Positions 62,055 to 64,000 of a stretch of DNA of 64,000 bases are shown one piece after another. The position numbers and the translations under genes are program-made. Positions within the stretch are counted from its first letter, which is position 1; each line of letters starts with the position of its first letter. Location: positions 58,096,001 to 58,160,000 of the forward strand of contig NC_045696.1 of NCBI RefSeq assembly GCF_009834535.1, given 5' to 3'. Source of the DNA: Camelus ferus. Lineage: Eukaryota. Under the pieces are notes generated by a model. The model saw only the letters and a list, made by a program, of their open reading frames with translations, searched no databases and was not told the origin of the DNA.

Positions 62055-64000
62055 AACTAAACTATTCCAGACAAAGACATCATAAGTAAACTACAGACCT
62101 ATATCTTATGAATATAGACCCACAAGTCTTGAACAAAATACCAGCAAACCAAATCCACCGACATAAAAAGGATTATACACCATCACCAAATGGGATTTAT
62201 TTCTGAAATGCAACTTGGTTTAACATTCAAAATTCAACTAAGGTAATATGCTGTAACAGTAGGATGAAGGAGAAAAACTATGTGATCATCTTAATAGATG
62301 AAAAAAAGCATTTGACAAATCCAGCACCCTTTCAAGATAAAAACACTCAGCAAATTAAAAATAGAGAGGAGCTCCCTCAACCTAATAAAGTGTGTTTATG
62401 AAAAATCCATAGATAAGGTCATATTTAATGGTCAAAGACTGAAAGCATTCCCCCCGAGATCAGGAAAAAGACGAGATGTTTACTTTTGCCATGTCTACTT
62501 AACATGGTGCTGGAGGTTCTAACCAGGGTCACCAAGCAAGAAAAAGAAGTAAAAGGCGTCTAGATCAGAAAGAAGTAAAGCTATCTCTGTTGAAAATGGC
62601 ATGATCTTGAATATAGAAAATCCTCTGTAAGCTATATAAAAAAACTGTTAGATCTAAAAAAACAGGTTCAGCAAAAATGAACAAACTCCTAAAAAAGCAA
62701 GTTTTAAGATGCAAGGTTAATATATAAAAATCAACTGTGTTTTTATGTATTTGTAATGAATAACCCAAATATATAGGAAAACAGTTCATTTACAATGGGC
62801 TCAAAAAGAATAAAATACTTAGGAATAAATTTAACAAAATAAGTGTAAAACTTGCACTCTGGAGACTATAAAACACTATTGAAAAAAATGAAAGAAGACC
62901 TAAAGAAATGGAAAGACATTACTGTTCATGTGTTGGAAGTTTTAATACTGTGAAGACAGTAATACTCCCCAAATTTATCTATAAATTCAGTGCAATCCCA
63001 ATTAATATTCAGCTGCCTTTGTTACAGAAATTGACAAGATGATCCTAAAATTTACATGGAGATGCAGGGGACTCAGAATAGCCAAAACAACCTTGAAAAG
63101 GAACAAAGTTGAAGGACTCACAATTCCCAGTTTCAAAACTTTCTACAAAGCTACACTGATCAAGACAGCATGATACTGGCCTAAGGTTAGACATAAATCA
63201 ATGGAACAGAAGTGAGATTCCAAAAAATAAACCATTACATTTATAGCCAATTGACTTTTCACAACAGTGCCAAGACAATTTGATGGGGAAAGAGTGGTCT
63301 TTTCAACAAATGGTATTGGAATAGCTGGATATCCATATGCAAAACAATCAGTTTGAACCCCTTCCTTACACCAGACATAAAAGTTAACTCAAAACAAATC
63401 ATATTTTTAAGAATGACACAAATGAACCTTATTAAAAAACAGAAGCAGACTTACAGACATAGAAAACAAACTTATGGTTACCAAAGAGGAAATGGGGAAT
63501 AGAGGGATAAACTGGGAGTTTGGGATTTGCAGATACATAATATTGTATATAAAATAGATAAACAACAAGGTCCTACTTCATAGCACAGGGAAGTATATTC
63601 AATACCTTGTAATACCCTACAATGAAAAAGAATATGAAAAGAAATATGTATATATGTATAACTGAATCACTATGCTGTACACCAGAAATTAACACAACGT
63701 TATAAACCGATTATACATCAATTTTTAAAAATAAACATCATTCCAAAAAAAAGATCTCACCTAAATGTGAGAACTAAAACTATAAACTCTTAGAAGAAAA
63801 CATAGGAGTGAATCTTCATGACATTGGGCTAGGTGAAGCCTTTTTATAAAGGACACCAAGGGCACAAATGGCAAAAGGAAAAATAGAAAAACTGAGATTG
63901 AAACTAGATTAATGGTTGCCTACGGCTGGAAGATTGTAGGGTAATGGATACAGTTTCTTTGGGGGATGGTGAAAAAGTTCTAAAATTGTAGCGATGGCTG
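62055..64000 (+). mobile_element. L1 ORF2 (RT to C-terminal) remnant, with a younger L1 3' end nested at about 63408-63750
   Basis: AAAAGCATTTGACAAATCCAGCACC, ATACTTAGGAATAAATTTAAC, TTTCAACAAATGGT motifs; ORF2-like sequence resumes at CCTAAATGTGAGAACTAAAACTATAAACTCTTAGAAGAAAAC. Confidence 0.85.

Overview
Mammalian genomic DNA, most likely a camelid: it carries four tRNA-Ala-derived SINEs of the camelid type and I recognised no Alu, B1/B2, Bov-tA or PRE-1 elements. The window holds the 5' parts of two head-to-head genes. HSPBAP1 (JmjC/cupin protein, minus strand) has coding exons 1-3 at 31101-31038, 22072-21887 and 13008-12827. SLC49A4/DIRC2 (lysosomal MFS transporter, plus strand) has coding exons 1-3 at 32646-32997, 41557-41650 and 59693-59958. 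All splice sites read are canonical GT-AG and the exon phases chain correctly. The two ATGs are about 1.5 kb apart, across two CpG-rich promoter blocks carrying a perfect CLEAR palindrome, an ETS palindrome, a GC box and an overlapping M-box/CRE. The rest is intron, dense in L1, L2, MIR, hAT-Charlie, MaLR and ERV1-type LTR remnants. Almost all other ORFs in the track are spurious. I found no convincing new gene system. The best leads are regulatory or structural: the shared promoter, two unexplained 80-90 nt hairpins, a 58-bp direct repeat bracketing SLC49A4 exon 3, a pure (GCG)8 polyalanine tract and nested insertions. Boundaries and family names of old repeats are by eye and approximate.
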